Part shown: in pieces, positions 1 through 13,556 of the stretch
Numbering within the stretch: the stretch's first letter is position 1
Layout of the letters: every line of letters begins with the position of its first letter
NCBI GenBank assembly: GCA_036172245.1
Contig: JAYWIR010000026.1
Location: forward strand, 2,728,001 to 2,792,000
Source of the DNA: Raillietiella orientalis
Taxonomy: Eukaryota
Length of the DNA: 64,000 nt
Reading direction: 5' to 3'
Notes under the pieces: model-generated
Seen by the model: the letters and a program-made list of their open reading frames with translations, nothing else
Told to the model about the DNA's origin: nothing
Databases searched by the model: none
Program-made: the position numbers and the translations under genes

Positions 1-1197
1 TCTACTCCGAACTTCCCCAACAACTTTCCAGCGAACACATCTTGCACTTTGGTTCTTCGGGTAAACAGCGGGGTTGCTCCTGGGCACGATCTACAGCTCT
101 CATCTAGCCAAACGACATCCTGACATCACCGGAGAACGTCTTCGGGAGGTTTGACAACCGTTTCGCTCTGGGAGCAGGTGGCATTCTCACTTTTGAGGAC
201 ATCTTGCGCAGGAGACAGTAAGATCCGTGTGTACCCATTCCGCGCAGATACAGGCACGCTGGATCGTGCTGGACCTTTTTCGCTGGGAAGACACGCACCT
301 CAACCGATTGCCAAGGCCAGTCACCGGTGCAAGTATCTTTCAGAGTACGGGATCATTGGCTGTTGCCGACATTCCCCTACGTTGAGCTGTTCCTACCCAC
401 GGTGATCACCTTCGAGGGGGCTGCAGCCGCTGGTGGCTTCCAGCTCACCTTGTGCAAGGTGCCCAACGCGTTCCAGGTTTCGTCCCAATGCCGAACGCAG
501 ACGACCCTGATCTCAGGTGTCCTTGTGGAGGATCTGGCGGTTCCACAGCAAATGCTTTCCTTCCTCGTCCGGGTACGTGGTGAGCGCATTCGCTGACCGG
601 AAATGAGGTCACCTCGTCGGGTGTCCCTCGGCTGAAGATCCGCGCGCCCGCTGGGGCGGAGCTTAATACTCGCTTCCTCCACCGGCGCGGAGATTTCCAG
701 ATGAGCTGAGGGACAGCCCACAGGGGTTTCGCGCTTCCTGGGCTTCCAGCGACGAGTTGTCGCGTTGGCAATTCTGCCGGCGGGAACCTCGTTGGTCCGG
801 ACGTGCGTTGCTGCGCGCCTGCGTGCTGAAACTCGCTCTCCGAGTTCGCAACGCCCGGGGACGGCGGGGTGGCAATGCCGCGACGGAGTCCCTTCTTCCG
901 ACTTAAAGGATGGTGTGAGGGTTCAATCAATTCTCCTTGCAGCCGGGATCAGCTTGCCGATTTGTAACCGTCACCTTAATCAACGTGAACATTCTTGCCA
1001 ACGAGAAGGTATCGATAGGCAGAAATGGGCAGAATCTTCCGGCAATGTACATCCAGAAGATCGTCGGTCCAAATACCACCAGCGTCACCGTGGTTTCGAA
1101 GCAAGATCAAGCCATAGTCTTGTTCTACTACACGGATAACAACGCGCAAGGAATACAAGGAAGGTTCAACGTCGAGTATTCCTGCAGGAACCGATGA
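1..1197 (+). CDS. Spliced multi-CUB-domain gene, copy 1 (5' part outside window; internal exon structure only partly resolved)
   Basis: Opens with STPNFPNNFPANTSCTL (CUB SPNYP..YP.N..C motif). Introns gtaaac..catctag (61-107) and gtaaga..tctttcag (from about 218). Exon ending GFQLTLCK. Last exon 943-1197 PGSACRFVTVTL..SKQDQAIVLFYYTDNNAQGIQGRFNVEY (CUB C-terminal F.TD....GF...Y). AATAAA at 1218. Confidence 0.7.
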
Positions 1198-1479
1198 TCC
1201 TATTAAGGAAAAATCTGAATAAACAGTTTCAGCATTTTGATCTAAGGTTATAGTGAGGTCAATCGTTCAGCATACTGTGCTTCCAAACAGCCGATGCGCG
1301 TGCTGTGAACAGATTGATTCATCTTTATAACACTGCCGGTGCTTTGGAGAAGAGGCACTTTCGGTGGGGCGGATTCTTGAGTGTCTCCCGTGAATTGCTT
1401 GTGTTCCCTCATCATTGCGTGGACGATTCGCCTTTCTTCCTCTCCTGAAAGGAAGCCGTAGTACTCATGATGCACTGGT

Positions 1480-2050
1480 GATTCCCGTCTAAGCAGCGAC
1501 GGCGTGGAGGATCTGGAGGGATTGGATCTACCAACTGTACGAGGTTACGATGGACAGAGTCCATTCTGCACCTGCTCTTCAGATGAGGTGTCCTGGAGGA
1601 ACTGTGGCGGGGGCTGACTGCTGCATTTTTACACCACACGTGCAGCGCCTGGGATATGCTAAGGAGGTTCTTTGCCCCGAGTGATCTCTCGACGGGAGCT
1701 CTTATTGCAGCATTGTGTTGCATGCGCGCCATCCTTGGGGCTGGACTGGTGTTAGAAACCACCACCTATCAAATGAAGTTACCGATATGAGAGCGTTTCA
1801 AAGGGGATTTGACAGGTAGAGGAAGGGAAGAGGATGACCGACATGCATAGCCTGTTGATGGACGGCATGGAACATGGTTCCAATGGTCATTGGCCCCACT
1901 TTCCTTTTCTTCATTTTTATTTCTCATATTCCCCACCCTCATTTCGTTCCGTAACTTTCATGGTGCTTTTGGTTTTCATCCCGATGCACACGGTGGAAAA
2001 CCAAAGAACTTGGTCTCATTCCACGCGGTTGGTTTCTCTTTGTTTTCCCC
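1480..2050 (+). mobile_element. Decayed 3' fragment of L1/Tx1-like LINE (family A)
   Basis: Reads ESILHLLFR*..LW..ALIAALCCMRAIL, matching the zf-RVT/C-terminus ESIPHLLVDC..AALCCLRGIV of the copy at 41.8-42.1 kb. Pyrimidine-rich 3' UTR follows. Confidence 0.6.
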
Positions 2051-2094
2051 GTTCCAAACTTTCTCTTGTGACGACCTGCGTTCCGGTGGACCCT

Positions 2095-2484
2095 TTAATT
2101 TATTTCTTGTAGTTGTCGGTCAGAAACTTCGTTCCCAGCTGTTTTTCTTTCCTGAAATAATCGTTGCGGCGTGTAAAACTTCTTCACTGTGTGAGACATC
2201 AACTCGAGAACAATTTTCCCACAAGGAGAACAGGTGGAGAGATTCCATTGGAATTTAGTACTGTATGGAGAATGAGTATGATGAATGCCCCAATGGCGCT
2301 CTTCACTTTCAACTGAAAGGGAGATGAAGGCATCGAAGTTCGCGTTCCTTTGGTGCGGGGACCAAGAACATCTTTCTTGTCGACTGCAGTTGGAATTGTC
2401 GTAGCTGTTGTAAATGAGACGAGCGACTGACACCCGCAGGGTCGCGCAAAACGACGGCAGAGCACCTATGGAGAGAGGAGACAC
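2095..2484 (-). CDS. Putative last exon of an unknown duplicated gene (possible WD40-like motifs)
   Basis: 129-aa ORF with CSWSPH and SPCGKIVL. The same frame is open in paralogues at 14398-14658 and 20412-20642. Confidence 0.35.
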   Translation of the reverse strand: MSPLSIGALPSFCATLRVSVARLIYNSYDNSNCSRQERCSWSPHQRNANFDAFISLSVESEERHWGIHHTHSPYSTKFQWNLSTCSPCGKIVLELMSHTVKKFYTPQRLFQERKTAGNEVSDRQLQEIN

Positions 2485-3549
2485 GCAGCATATTGGGCTT
2501 CTTTTCTACTGCCTGATGTTCCCCTACATGGACTTAATCGTCTGCGGTGTCGCGGTGCCGAACCTCGGGAGCAGTCGGCACAGTTTGCGGAAATAGCCAA
2601 ACCTGAGAAAAGTGGTGTGGTCTGAAGACTGGTAACGCAGGCCCCAAGCCTTCACCTGCTTACCGATCATTTCTTAAATATTCGTGAAATACTAAAGAAG
2701 GCGCCATGGAATGAGGGTTCTCTGCCTCCTCATCCGTGCGAGGCGGGCAGTAACGAAAAAGAGATTTATGCTGGTAAGCAGTGGATAGTGGTGAAAGGCG
2801 CGGTCGAGTCATCGTCGCGTGATCGCTGTGAGGCAGCAAGGAGCTTCCCGAAATGTGTGATTCGTGCTTCTCCACATAGCACGCTGCTGTCTCTGTTCCC
2901 TTCGCTCCGTAAATGAACTGCGAGGGATCAGAAGATCGCCTTCCGAAGTCCGCGTTGCTTCTTGTCATTCGGGTAGCCAACGGAAGGAGGTGCAATGGAA
3001 CGCTGAGGACATGGAGGGAGCGACATAGGGGTGAGACACTCATAATGACGCGTTCGTAAGGAATTGGGGGAGGTGGTGCTAAAAGCTTTTACGTAAGCAA
3101 TGTTGGCGCTGTAGTCCTCGCAATAGGGAGATGTTCGCTTTCGAGGGAAAAGAGCACCGCTCCTGGATGGTTCTTCGTCGAGCATGTCAGAGAGCTTCCG
3201 GCACTCTTGCCCTCCTCGCAAGCGGAGGCACTCGAACTGATCCCTCTCCGTCTGTTCGCAGCCGTGCATGGGAGAATCCTCTGCCGCCGAGGGATCTGGA
3301 CCGGTCGGGCGGGTGAATCTCAGCTAGTAATGCGGATCTCTGGACGTTCCACTCTCCGTGGGTGTGTCCCGCGTGTCCAATGCTCCACTCCATTCTTCAC
3401 GGAATCGCTGCACATCATGAGAGGATAGGAACTTAGTTTGCTGCTGTTACGCTGAGATGACGTCGATGAGACGGACCCGAGCTAAAACGCGCTACCTACG
3501 AAAACCAAATACAACAAGGAGGAAAGGTGGAGACGTATTTCCGAGATGG

Positions 3550-4330
3550 CAAAGTTTTAAAGAAACAGAGGACTCCATCCCTGGAGAGCATTCCAAGGAG
3601 TGCAAAACAGAACTTAGAGCGGCGGTCTCCTAAGATATAATCAGAATTCCTTATTGAGAACTCCGCAAAAGGTAGCCATCCATTAAAAGACTTCGATGCC
3701 CTTCCAGATGAGGTCGGTGAGGGCGTCAAAGGTCGTGAGAGGGGGCACGTGGTAGCTTTCAGTGACATCCAAGTATAGCTAGAGTGCCTTTTGCCCTAGA
3801 AGCAGTTAATTGTCGGACTGCAGCCAACGGTAACAACTCGTGGAGGCAATAAAATGTTCCAAAAGACATCGCTTGGCAAATGATCCGTCCACTTGTGGTT
3901 TCTTGATAATCTCAAATGCTCCTCCTCCCGCTGCAATGCCAAGGGTCATCTCAAGAGGACGTGGTCGAGCACTGTGCCCACGTTCTGGTCCTTAGGACGC
4001 ACGCATTGAGTCCAAGGGAACCCCACACTGTTATGCTGTTGAGGCAAGAGAAGAGAAAAGGATTTCATCTTGAAATTTCTACCAAGGCATCAGGGAACAC
4101 CAAACCATGGACGCATTCCTGCCCAGGGAGCATTGGAGCTTCCGAACACTCGGTCGAGCACAAAGAACACCCCTGAAAACGTTGCAGTGGAGCTCACTTG
4201 CGCCAAGTGCTGAGCGCCTATTTGGCGGTAACCCATAATTGTGCGCCAAGGATTCCTTTTCACTAATAGCGTTGTGCATGACCTGGTCAATTGATCGTAC
4301 ATTTACGCTGTCTGTATATAAATTCATTCA
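3550..4330 (-). mobile_element. Highly decayed LINE RT/3' remnant
   Basis: LYTDSV..EKESL..YGL..N resembles RT motifs 5-7 (YADD..GL.IN). A CPL-like zf-RVT trace lies near 3750. Confidence 0.3.
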
Positions 4331-5689
4331 AGCAAGAAGTAGAAGATCCGGGAAATGTTTCTTTCCTGAGAAAGGAACACCCAGGAAGAAATAGGAGAAC
4401 TGCGGACCATGCGACGGAAAATAGAAGACGGCATTTGCTCGGACCTTGAAAATGGAAAGGGATATCATCAGAGTTGGGAGTGGTTCGATGTTGCCAACAG
4501 CTATTCATCGAAAGTCCCTGCTTGCACGTCGATATATTCGAACCTGTGGAAGCAGCATTCGCGAAGGAGTGAGCTGCCACCTGAATCTTGGCGTCCCTAC
4601 TTGAAAGGAAATTCTCACTGTCGGGATGCTTCACAATTCCCTCAGAGAGTCTGAATTTAGAATTCCCAGCCGCGGAAACTCTCCTGAAAATTTCCGTATG
4701 GCTGTCTCTATTCGCACCCTCTGCCCACCTACAGGAGGCTGCTCAAACGTTGCCCCGCTGCATCGAGGGAGACGTTCATCCATGTGGGAGAAACATACAG
4801 TCAGTTAGCCGAAATGCGTTTCCTCTTGCATTTGCGGAACACCTCCGAATGCATTTCGCAAAGGTCCTTCCGATAATTCCGTGCCTCTTCTTACCCTTCT
4901 TGGGGTTCCTTTTCGTACAGCTAACACGCAATTTGCAAGTGTTCAATTTTGAGAAGCAGTCGACTTCTTTCATTTACTAACGAGCAATTTCGATTTGTAC
5001 GGCGATACGATCCTTCAAGGAGATCCAACTTCCTTTTTTAATGCTTGCCGTGGTGGATTGAAAAGGATACATTCCGTGAAACAATTATTTCTTGGGGTTT
5101 TCATTTCCGTGTTCGAAGCTGTGCGTTGCAAAAGGCACGCAACTCAAAAGTCCCACCGCCACCTTCGGCACCCCACTAAGAGACCTACGCTTGCCGTGCT
5201 TACACAGAAGCAACACGCCATCGTTTGGAGAGGACGGCATCAGCAGCATGCCTGAACGACAAGAGAAAGAGTGTTTCCATGGCAGTGCCCACGCAAAAGG
5301 GAAAGAGATGCAGACACTGCTTTGTGTTTCTGCAGGGGCCACCTTTTGTCTGTTTTGCCTTCTCCATATACCCCGTTCTTTGCCTTCTCCCTCCTTCATC
5401 CCGAACTTCTGTTTCAACAGCAATTCCTCTTCTGCTTCTCTGCTCCTTCAGGACTTTTCTTGATTTCTCCTTTTTTGACCTTCTGACTTCTCTTTCGCTC
5501 CCTTTCTCACGCTGACCCATGTCCTGTCCTCGTCACGCGTTTCGTTTTCAACCACATTGAAAATCTCCGGCGCTTCTTGAACCTCTGCCCTTCCGACTGT
5601 CCCACAGGATTCCCCCTGGCAGCTTTTCCTGTTGCTCATCTTCCTAGTTGTGCACTAATAATCTTTCTCCCTTAAATCCCTTCTTCCTC

Positions 5690-6320
5690 TCAATCATCGC
5701 GTAGCGTTATGTATTCCGCTCTTCGTTCCAATCGAATTCCTCCATTCAATCATTTCGAGCAGCTGCTGAACCAATGATTCCTTGCTCTTTGATGCCCACA
5801 ATCGTTTTATTCTTGCAACTCCTATTCCATATGCAGTTTTCGTACCCTGCTTATTTGTTTTTTGCGTTCCTTATTCATGTCGAATTTCTGATTTTCTACC
5901 GTTTCTCCTTCCGGAATACCAACCCAAATGCACGAAATGCCTCTTCACCAGTTCCAGCTGCTTTTGTCTTCGAAGCTACAAAAGTACGGTCGCATTCTGT
6001 TGTTATTTCGATTCTTCGAAGTTTGCTCCCTTCCTTCCGCTTCCTTTCCACAATTTCAGTTCGCCCTTCTTTCGTTTGCGGTCTTCACCAACTCCATCCT
6101 CTTCTCTAATAGAACACCTTCGTTGCCCCGCTTCTTCCTTTCTGGCATTTCCTATTTTTCCACATTCCTCACACGAAACATCCCTTTGTCCGCAGCTTCC
6201 CCTCATCTCTCCCATGAGCTCCCTTCCTTCCTTTTGGTCACCTACTGGCAATCGGTCTCTTCCTTCTCCTCTCTTTCTTCAAAATCTTTTTGGCTTTGCC
6301 ATTTTTCCAACCTTTTTTTT
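5690..6320. repeat. Pyrimidine-rich segment duplicated at 39880-40510
   Basis: Shared runs such as catatgcagtttt, ttcaccagttccagctgcttttgtc, caccaactccatcctcttctctaatagaa, acatccctttgtccgca. The minus strand reads as a stop-ridden E/K/R-rich peptide. Confidence 0.85.
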
Positions 6321-6399
6321 TTTTTCTATACCTTCTCCCTTTACGCCAAAACGATTCACTAATTTCGCTTGACGCTTTCGGGAGGACACTGCGATGTAT

Positions 6400-7050
6400 T
6401 TGGATCTCGAACCAGAAATACATGGCTGCATCTTCTGGGCTCGGCACTGAGAATTAAGAGTCTTCGAGCCGTTCGATGAGCGTCTTCCAAAGGTTTTCTG
6501 CTGATTTTTTGGTTGCTATCTGCCCAATTAAGAAACAACAGGATCCTTCCTGGTTTCGTTTTATTCCTCCTGGAATGGCCTCCCATCCTCCCAGGTGGTA
6601 GGGCTTTCACTCTCTGAATATGCGCTGCCTTCCTGGGATTCCTGGACCTGAAAATTGCCCGTTCACAGCATGAAAAACACTGAGCGTACGCACACCACCA
6701 CAACAGGTGGATCGGAGTCGTTCTGGGGAACCCCGGACTCCCCTGGGAACGTGCGGGGCGGATCCATGGTTCTTTCCGATAGCCCGAGGAGCGTCCCCTC
6801 TTTGTGTGCGAGGGCCGCATCCGGAGAGTGCCACCAGGAGCGCGCCATCAGCCCGGAAATGTCCAAAAAGTCGAAGTACAGAGCGAGAGACCCGCCGTTA
6901 CCTAGGCAATTGCACCTACCTCCTTCACAATCCGCCACGGGGCTGCCGCTACACACAGACTGCATTCCAGCCAGGTCTCTCCAGATGGCATCCGGAAGAA
7001 GTAATGGTAATGAGCCTGCGCTCCACGAAATGAAAGTTTCGCGGTGCAAA
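6400..7050 (-). mobile_element. Possible decayed LINE APE-endonuclease remnant
   Basis: FISWSAGSL..DLAGMQ..GGSLALYF loosely matches SWN.GL..D...LQE..GVA motifs. Confidence 0.25.
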
Positions 7051-8599
7051 TGCCTTCAGCTTCCTGGTCCGTTTTTTGCTTTTTGTTTGTTTTGTGGAAT
7101 GAAGCGTATCGTAGGAAACGGTCTTGGCCATCTTGGGCATTGTGTGCAGAGGTGCAATGGGGAGTTGGACGCTGCCCATTCTCGTTGCGGCGCCTCTGCC
7201 GAGCCGAGTCCTCCTGGAGACAAAGAAGAGCCGTCGACCTCTGGAGTCGCCTCACGCGAAGCATCGGAGGGTGCCTTCCCCTTTTTGCCCAACTACTTTG
7301 ATCGTTTCCTTTCTTCCGCTTCTTTTCCCCCTTCCACCTTTCACATTTCCTTCTTAGAACGAACATCGCTCCTACCTTGTCCATTCTTCCAGCTTGATTT
7401 CTAAAGCTCTCATCCTCTCCCCCTTCTCACCCCAAATTGTCCTCTTTACGTGACACTTTTCGGAGCAGCTACATCCGGTGGTTTGCTCTTTTTGTTTTCT
7501 TCATGGTTTGCACAATCACTAGAGAACGGACGTTGGTTCCTTTCCGTTCCCCAAAGTCTTCGGACATGAGGATTTGCTCCAGAACCTTATTAGTGTCCAG
7601 GAAGAAACAGGAGGTGCAGGAAGAATTGCTCGAGAATTCACGTTGCTCTGCAGCTGTTATTGTGTCCTTCATGATTTTTTCTGAAGAGCATGGAGCTGGA
7701 AGTCGAGGCATGGGGAAGCTTCTGAGGTCTCAGATGGGTGGGGGAGCGCAAAGACTTCGGAATACGTCAGTATCCATGCGATTGGATTGCTCTTGGTCGA
7801 GGATTCCTCTTAGGTTCATGGAAGTGTCATCGAGGGAGGCAAATTGCTTCGCGGGTTGCTGTCATTCCAGGAGAGTGTCCGACACGTGGCGGTTTGGAAG
7901 TGAATAGAGTAAGTGTGAGGAGACAAAGATCCGTGTCGCGTGTTTTGGTTGACGATGGAGTTTTCGCTAGAAGGCAACTCAATCGGTTTTGGGATGGAAG
8001 TCAGCAGACGAGTTGATTCATCTGGCATCATGTTGGGATTGGATTTCACGCTCAGCCATTTCCTCACTGCGTTTTAAGGATCACGTCTGGAGGCAGAGTG
8101 GTGTCTCCCACCGTGGCAGAGTCGTGCTGATTGCAACAAGGAAGACGTACGTATCTCAAACGGAGAGTGCAAAACTGCTGATAGAGAGCGCCACGAAAGG
8201 AATGTAAACCAGGTGACCACAGCCACTGCTGCTTTCCCCACGCGCACACACAGGAAAAGAGAAAGCGTGCTCGTAGGAAGAATGAAGTATATAATGGGAG
8301 AGGAAAGGAAAAGAGGAGCAAGAGATGGAAGGAGGAAGACTCAATGACCTGTATAGTTCTCAGATGGTCGCCAAATGCAATTTGCTGCACATGCCGAGAT
8401 CCGGAAACCATCAAACTTCTCCCGAGATTTGCATAAGCCTCCGGAAGTTGCAATGTTTTCTACCTCGAATGAGTGCAAGTGGAGCGATAGTAGATTTGCT
8501 CCTCAGTTTTTGCATCCATTCATTCACGACATCGCACCGCCGTGAGATGGGGATGACGTTTGGCTAGCGCTCCATGAACCACTCTTGTTTACTGATGAG

Positions 8600-9160
8600 A
8601 ACGCAAAGAAGATGCAGTCACATCTTACTGGCTCTAGATCCAGATACATAGCAGTACCTTATGGAAGGAATAAAGAACTTGGATGGAAACGTTTGAAGAA
8701 TGTGCACAGGAGAAGAAAGGCGTTCCTCGAGGACAGAGACCGCAAGGCATGCTGTAGGTGGCAGAAGACGTCACTGAAAAATCGCATTCTTCCGATGGCC
8801 GCCGAGAAGGCATTGCTGGCACGCTACCATCAGAAAAGAGCGACAGATGGCCGGAAGATGCAGTTGGTGTGCGGGAGGTGTTCGACCACGTCAAGCAAGA
8901 ATTCCATCGGAAGCTCTAGCATGTTTTTTGACTTCCGAAGCATTTGACAGGACGTCGATCTTTGACTGGTGCACGCGTGAAACGAGGTTGCCTGCAACTC
9001 TCAACACGAGCGCGCCGCATCCGAGTGAATGGAAATTCTGCAAGGAAGGCCACGCGCCTCCACGGTCTTCAGCATTTTATAGAGATGCTAAACTGTCAGA
9101 AGGGACCATTCGCCGAGCCCACACTGCTCCAGGTGCCCTGCGGTGGCCTTTGTAATCGAC
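8600..9160 (+). mobile_element. Decayed LINE RT remnant
   Basis: FDF/EAFDR (D..KAFD-like, frameshifted) and VRRDHSPSP (RQG.PLSP-like) occur in the expected order. Confidence 0.4.
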
Positions 9161-12049
9161 CCGCAATTTTCCCACAAGGCGAACCGGTGAAGAGCGACTA
9201 TTGGAATTTAATATTGTATGGAGCATGAGGGACTTTCAGCTGAAAGTGAAGTAAGGGCATCCAACTTTCGCTTCCTCCGGTGCGGGGACCATGAGCACAC
9301 TTCTTCCTTGACGACTGCTCTTGGAATTCTCTTAGATGTTGAAAATGAGACGAGCGTCTGGAACCCTCAGGGTCCCTCAGAACAGGGGAGCGCATCTCTG
9401 GACAGAGGCGACACGCAGCATATTGGGATTTATTTCTACTCCCTGATATTCCCGTCCATGGACTCATTCGTCTGCGGTATCGCTGTGCCGGTCCTCGATA
9501 AGAGACAGTACAGTTTCCATAAATAGGTAAACCTGAGACAGGTGGTGTGTTTTGAAGACTGGGGAGGGCAGCACCAATTCTTCATTTTCTAAATTTGTAC
9601 GAATCATTTCCTAAATATCCGTAACGTATGACAGAAGGCACCAGGGAATTAGGGTGTGCAGTGCTGATTCTTCCTCGCATCGTTGGTTGGCATGGGGGCT
9701 TCATCACTTTTGCAGTCTGCACGGAAGGCGAAAAAGGAGCAGAGAGCGTCCTCTTTTTCCCGGAAACAGCCTTCTCCAGGAAGACACAGTTGCGTTTCCA
9801 GGGCGTGCTTGTGGACTCTCGGAAGCTCGCTGAGAACAGAGATATACCGCGGTCAGGTCTGAGGCACTCTGAGGGCGGTTCACGTAAAGCCTCATTCAAT
9901 GGACGGAAAGCAATGACGATGATTAGTGGTCCCGCCGGCCGGAAACTTGATTACATTGAGGACGCTTGGCGGATACCACGCCGCAACAGGAAGGCTTGTG
10001 AAGAGGATGAGCCTGTTAAGCCGTGGATGCTGTTCGGAAACACCAAGCCGCCGTCGTCGGAAGAAACGCAGGCGGTTGCCATGCGAAGAGAGGCCGGAAC
10101 GGGAAACGAACGCTTTCGGCGTGACGTTTGGAAACATCGAACTTTCTCGTGACGCATGCCTTGAGATGACTTCAGCAGCAATTTCTGAAAAAGATGGGTA
10201 CGTACGAGTGAGGAGAGTGAGGGTCGTCGGAGCCACACGAATGCCAACACGCAAGGCAGACAGGTGATCTCCTGCAGGAAGAGTGCACATCCCAAAGAGG
10301 CGGGAAATCTTAAATTGCTACGTCTGCCGAAGACCGCTGCCAGGCACAAGCATGCACCAAGAGCACGGATTGCGAAGGCGTGTCGCCTCATAACGGCTGT
10401 CGCACACGTTATCCACGTTTCGAGAAAATTCATAAATCTCGGCAACGTTTTCAGCTCTGAAGAGGAAGTCAGTTGTCCTCTGTGCATTGGAAGAAAGCTG
10501 GTGCAGTGTGGATAGGCGGCGACATGGTCCTCTGGGTTCAGCGGTGGATTCTCGGAATCCTTCCATTCGTGTATTTGGTATCTGAGATTCCAATGATTTC
10601 GATAATTTGCACTTAAAACCCTCGCTTTCACATCCGGTATTTGTCGAGTTCGCCTTCGATCTTGTTGGCGGTGACTGCTGCCCGAGTCGGCTCTCCGATG
10701 ATTTGATGCGTAAAGAAGGACATGGTCCACTGTTTCGCAGCATCGGTTTCACTCCAGCCATGAGATTGCAGATTGGAGCTGCTGATTGAGGTCCGATACA
10801 GCTTTCTGAATGTTTATTTTCTGTCGAGACTCGAAGAGAAGGACGAAAACACAGAAGAACAAGTAATCTCCTTTGCAAGAGATTTATCCTCGAGTTTTCT
10901 TTCTTCCGTAATGGGTGCAGCGAAAAGAAGTGGCTGCCACATCGCGTTCTCACGGAGCTGCAGCCGCCTTACCATGACATCACGTGGACCGAATCGTGCG
11001 AGACTCTATCTCAGTCGACCTGCGAGGCGTGGTTGCGTTTGAGTGCGTCGTGGGGGCACACAGGACACGCCGCTTCGTTGCTCCCGTAGGACCGGCTATT
11101 CTGGTGACCCGATGACCAAAACCGGAGCAGCAAAGGGATTGCTGCATCCAACTGCTGAGGAAGAGAGCAAAAGCTGTTCGAATTTTAAACCTTTGACTAT
11201 GATTTGCGCTGCTGCACTCCTCGCCTAACGCCAGGCGATCCACCCAGAGAAGGGCAGGGCGACCTCTTTTCCGATTAACGTCCACGCATCCCTTCCTCGA
11301 TTCGTTAGAAACCCAAAGGATAGTCGGCATGGTTTGAGTGTTTGCCTTGTTCGCACCGTGCGGAGAGCCATCTTCTTTGTGGCCACGGAAATCGTTTAGC
11401 CACTTGGAGATCGGAAGGGCTCCTTTCCGCCCACCGAGCTGCGACGTCCGCAGGAAGGCGAATGAAGGAACGTTTTGTGTTGCTTTTGCAAAACGATGCG
11501 TTGGGCGATCCGCTGCCATAGCACGGAGCCACTGATTTGTGGAGACGCACTCAAACCGTTGATGGTACATAATCACTGCATTTGTGCAGTGCCCTGCAGG
11601 CAGCAAGGATGGCGCGCTGTTTCTTTCCAGTGCTTCCTTTGCTCATTCACCGTCGAAGGGGCGTTTGGGTGTTCGGAAATGTTCGATTCGGGTTGCGCGG
11701 CTCAATCCCTCCTTTCGTTCTCTGTGAATCTCTTGGTGCTGCGCAAGACGAAAGGAAAGTGAGGGGCATGAAATGACCCTACTTTTCTTTTTCCATTGAC
11801 ATGCTCTTTGAGGTTCCAAGAGGTGGAAGGCAGAGATCGTCGAGTTGTTCCTTGGCGCGTCCAGGAATGTGCTCATAACGGAAACTTTGTCTGTAGGAAG
11901 GTGAATGTCAGAGGGATTACGGATCACTCACATCTTGTCCTTACGACTCCACCTCGTTCTGCACTCTAGGTCATACGGGAGCTGATATTACCATCATAGG
12001 GAAAGCGAAAGTTACTTGTACAGGTCAGGCGGCAGCTGAGACTAAACCT

Positions 12050-13556
12050 AGGAAGAAGTCAGGCAACTCTAAAGGTCTCGGATAGCTATCAGTGCTTTAC
12101 TCTTTTTGAGCACGCAATGAAGTTACTGAATTGCTTCGATGAAATCGTGGTGGAAGGTGGGAGGGTTCACCTCTTCGCTATGTAAAGGCAAAGTGTTCCA
12201 GGGTCGAGCACACCACGATGTAGCTGACCTGCGAATTGGGGACTCTCTGCGATTCCACCAAAACTTTGCGGGCTTTATCGCTCCTGGCCAGACCATTTTC
12301 CAAGATCGATTCATCGTCCAGACACTGACTGGAAACTGCACTCTTAGTGGCAAAGTCGGAGAAAGATTCGACACAGTTGTCTTCGCCCTCCCAACTTCCC
12401 TAACAACTTTCCATCGAACACAGCTTGCACTTTGGGTCTTCTGGTGAGCAGCAGAGTTCCTGGTGGGACGATCCACATCTTCCATCTAGCCAAACGACAT
12501 CCGGACATCACTGGAGAACGTCTTCGGGAGGTTTGATACCCGTTTCGCACTGGGCTTTATTGGCAGACTCACTCTTGTGGAGATCTTGTGCAGCAGAGAG
12601 TAAGATCGTTGTGCACCCTGTACGTGCCGCTACGAGCACGCTGGATCGTTCTGGACCTTCGGTGCCGCGAAGACCCGCACCTCAACCGGGAGCCAAGGCC
12701 TCTCAGCAGAGCTAGTTCCTTTCAGAGTCCGGGTTCAAGGGAGATTGCCGACGTTTCCCTACATGGAGTTGTTTCTGCCCGCTAAGATCACCTTCGAGGG
12801 GACTGCACCCGCTGTTGGCTTCCAGCTCACCTTGTGCAAGGTGCCCAACGTCGAAAGCTGACGACCCTGATCTCCTCTGCCCTGCTGTAGAAGCTGGCGG
12901 TTCCACAACAAATGAGTTCCTTCCTTGTGCGGGTACGTGGTGAACCCATTCGATGACCCGAAATGAGATCACCTCGCCGGGTGTCCCTCTTCCGGAGATC
13001 CGCGCTCCGACTTGAGCGCAACTTCTGGTGCGCGCCTCCTCGCAAATGCGCGTGCATTTCCAACTGAGCCAATGGACAGCCCAAAGGGGGTTGGCGCTTC
13101 TTGGGTTTCCAGGGACGAGTTCTCGGGTCGGCCTCCCTGGTGGAGGCAACCAAATTGGTGCGGATGAGAGTTGCTGCGCGCCTGCGTGCTGAAACTAGCT
13201 CTACGAGTTGGCAGCGCCCGGAGGCGGGGGGTGGCCCTACTGCGATGGAATTCCAGGATCCGACTAAAAGGATGGTGTGAGGAGGCAATCAATTCTCTTT
13301 GCAGCCGTCGACATCATGCCGATTTGTCACCGTCACCTTGATCAACGTGAACACTGTTGCCGACGAGATGGTATCTTTCGGCAAAAATGGGCAGAATCTT
13401 TCTCCCATCGACATTCAGACGATCGACGGTCCAAGCACCACCAGCCTCAACGTGGTTTCCAACCAAGATAAAGCCATAATCTTGTTCTACTACACGGATA
13501 ACAACGAACGAGGAATACAAGGAAGCTTCAACGTCCAGTATTGCTGCAGGAACTGA
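12050..13556 (+). pseudogene. CUB-domain gene copy 2, probably pseudogene
   Basis: Homologous to copies 1 and 3. There is a 1-nt deletion just before the PNFPNNFP motif (~12385) and a deletion near 12850. The last exon PSTSCRFVTVTL..FYYTDNNERGIQGSFNVQY is intact. Confidence 0.65.

Noticed and set aside
10490..10600. Minus-strand IHEWKDSENPPLNPEDHVAAYPHCTSF resembles a BIR domain C-terminal half
   Set aside because: No upstream CxxC, and the overlapping frame is also open in both copies; likely chance.
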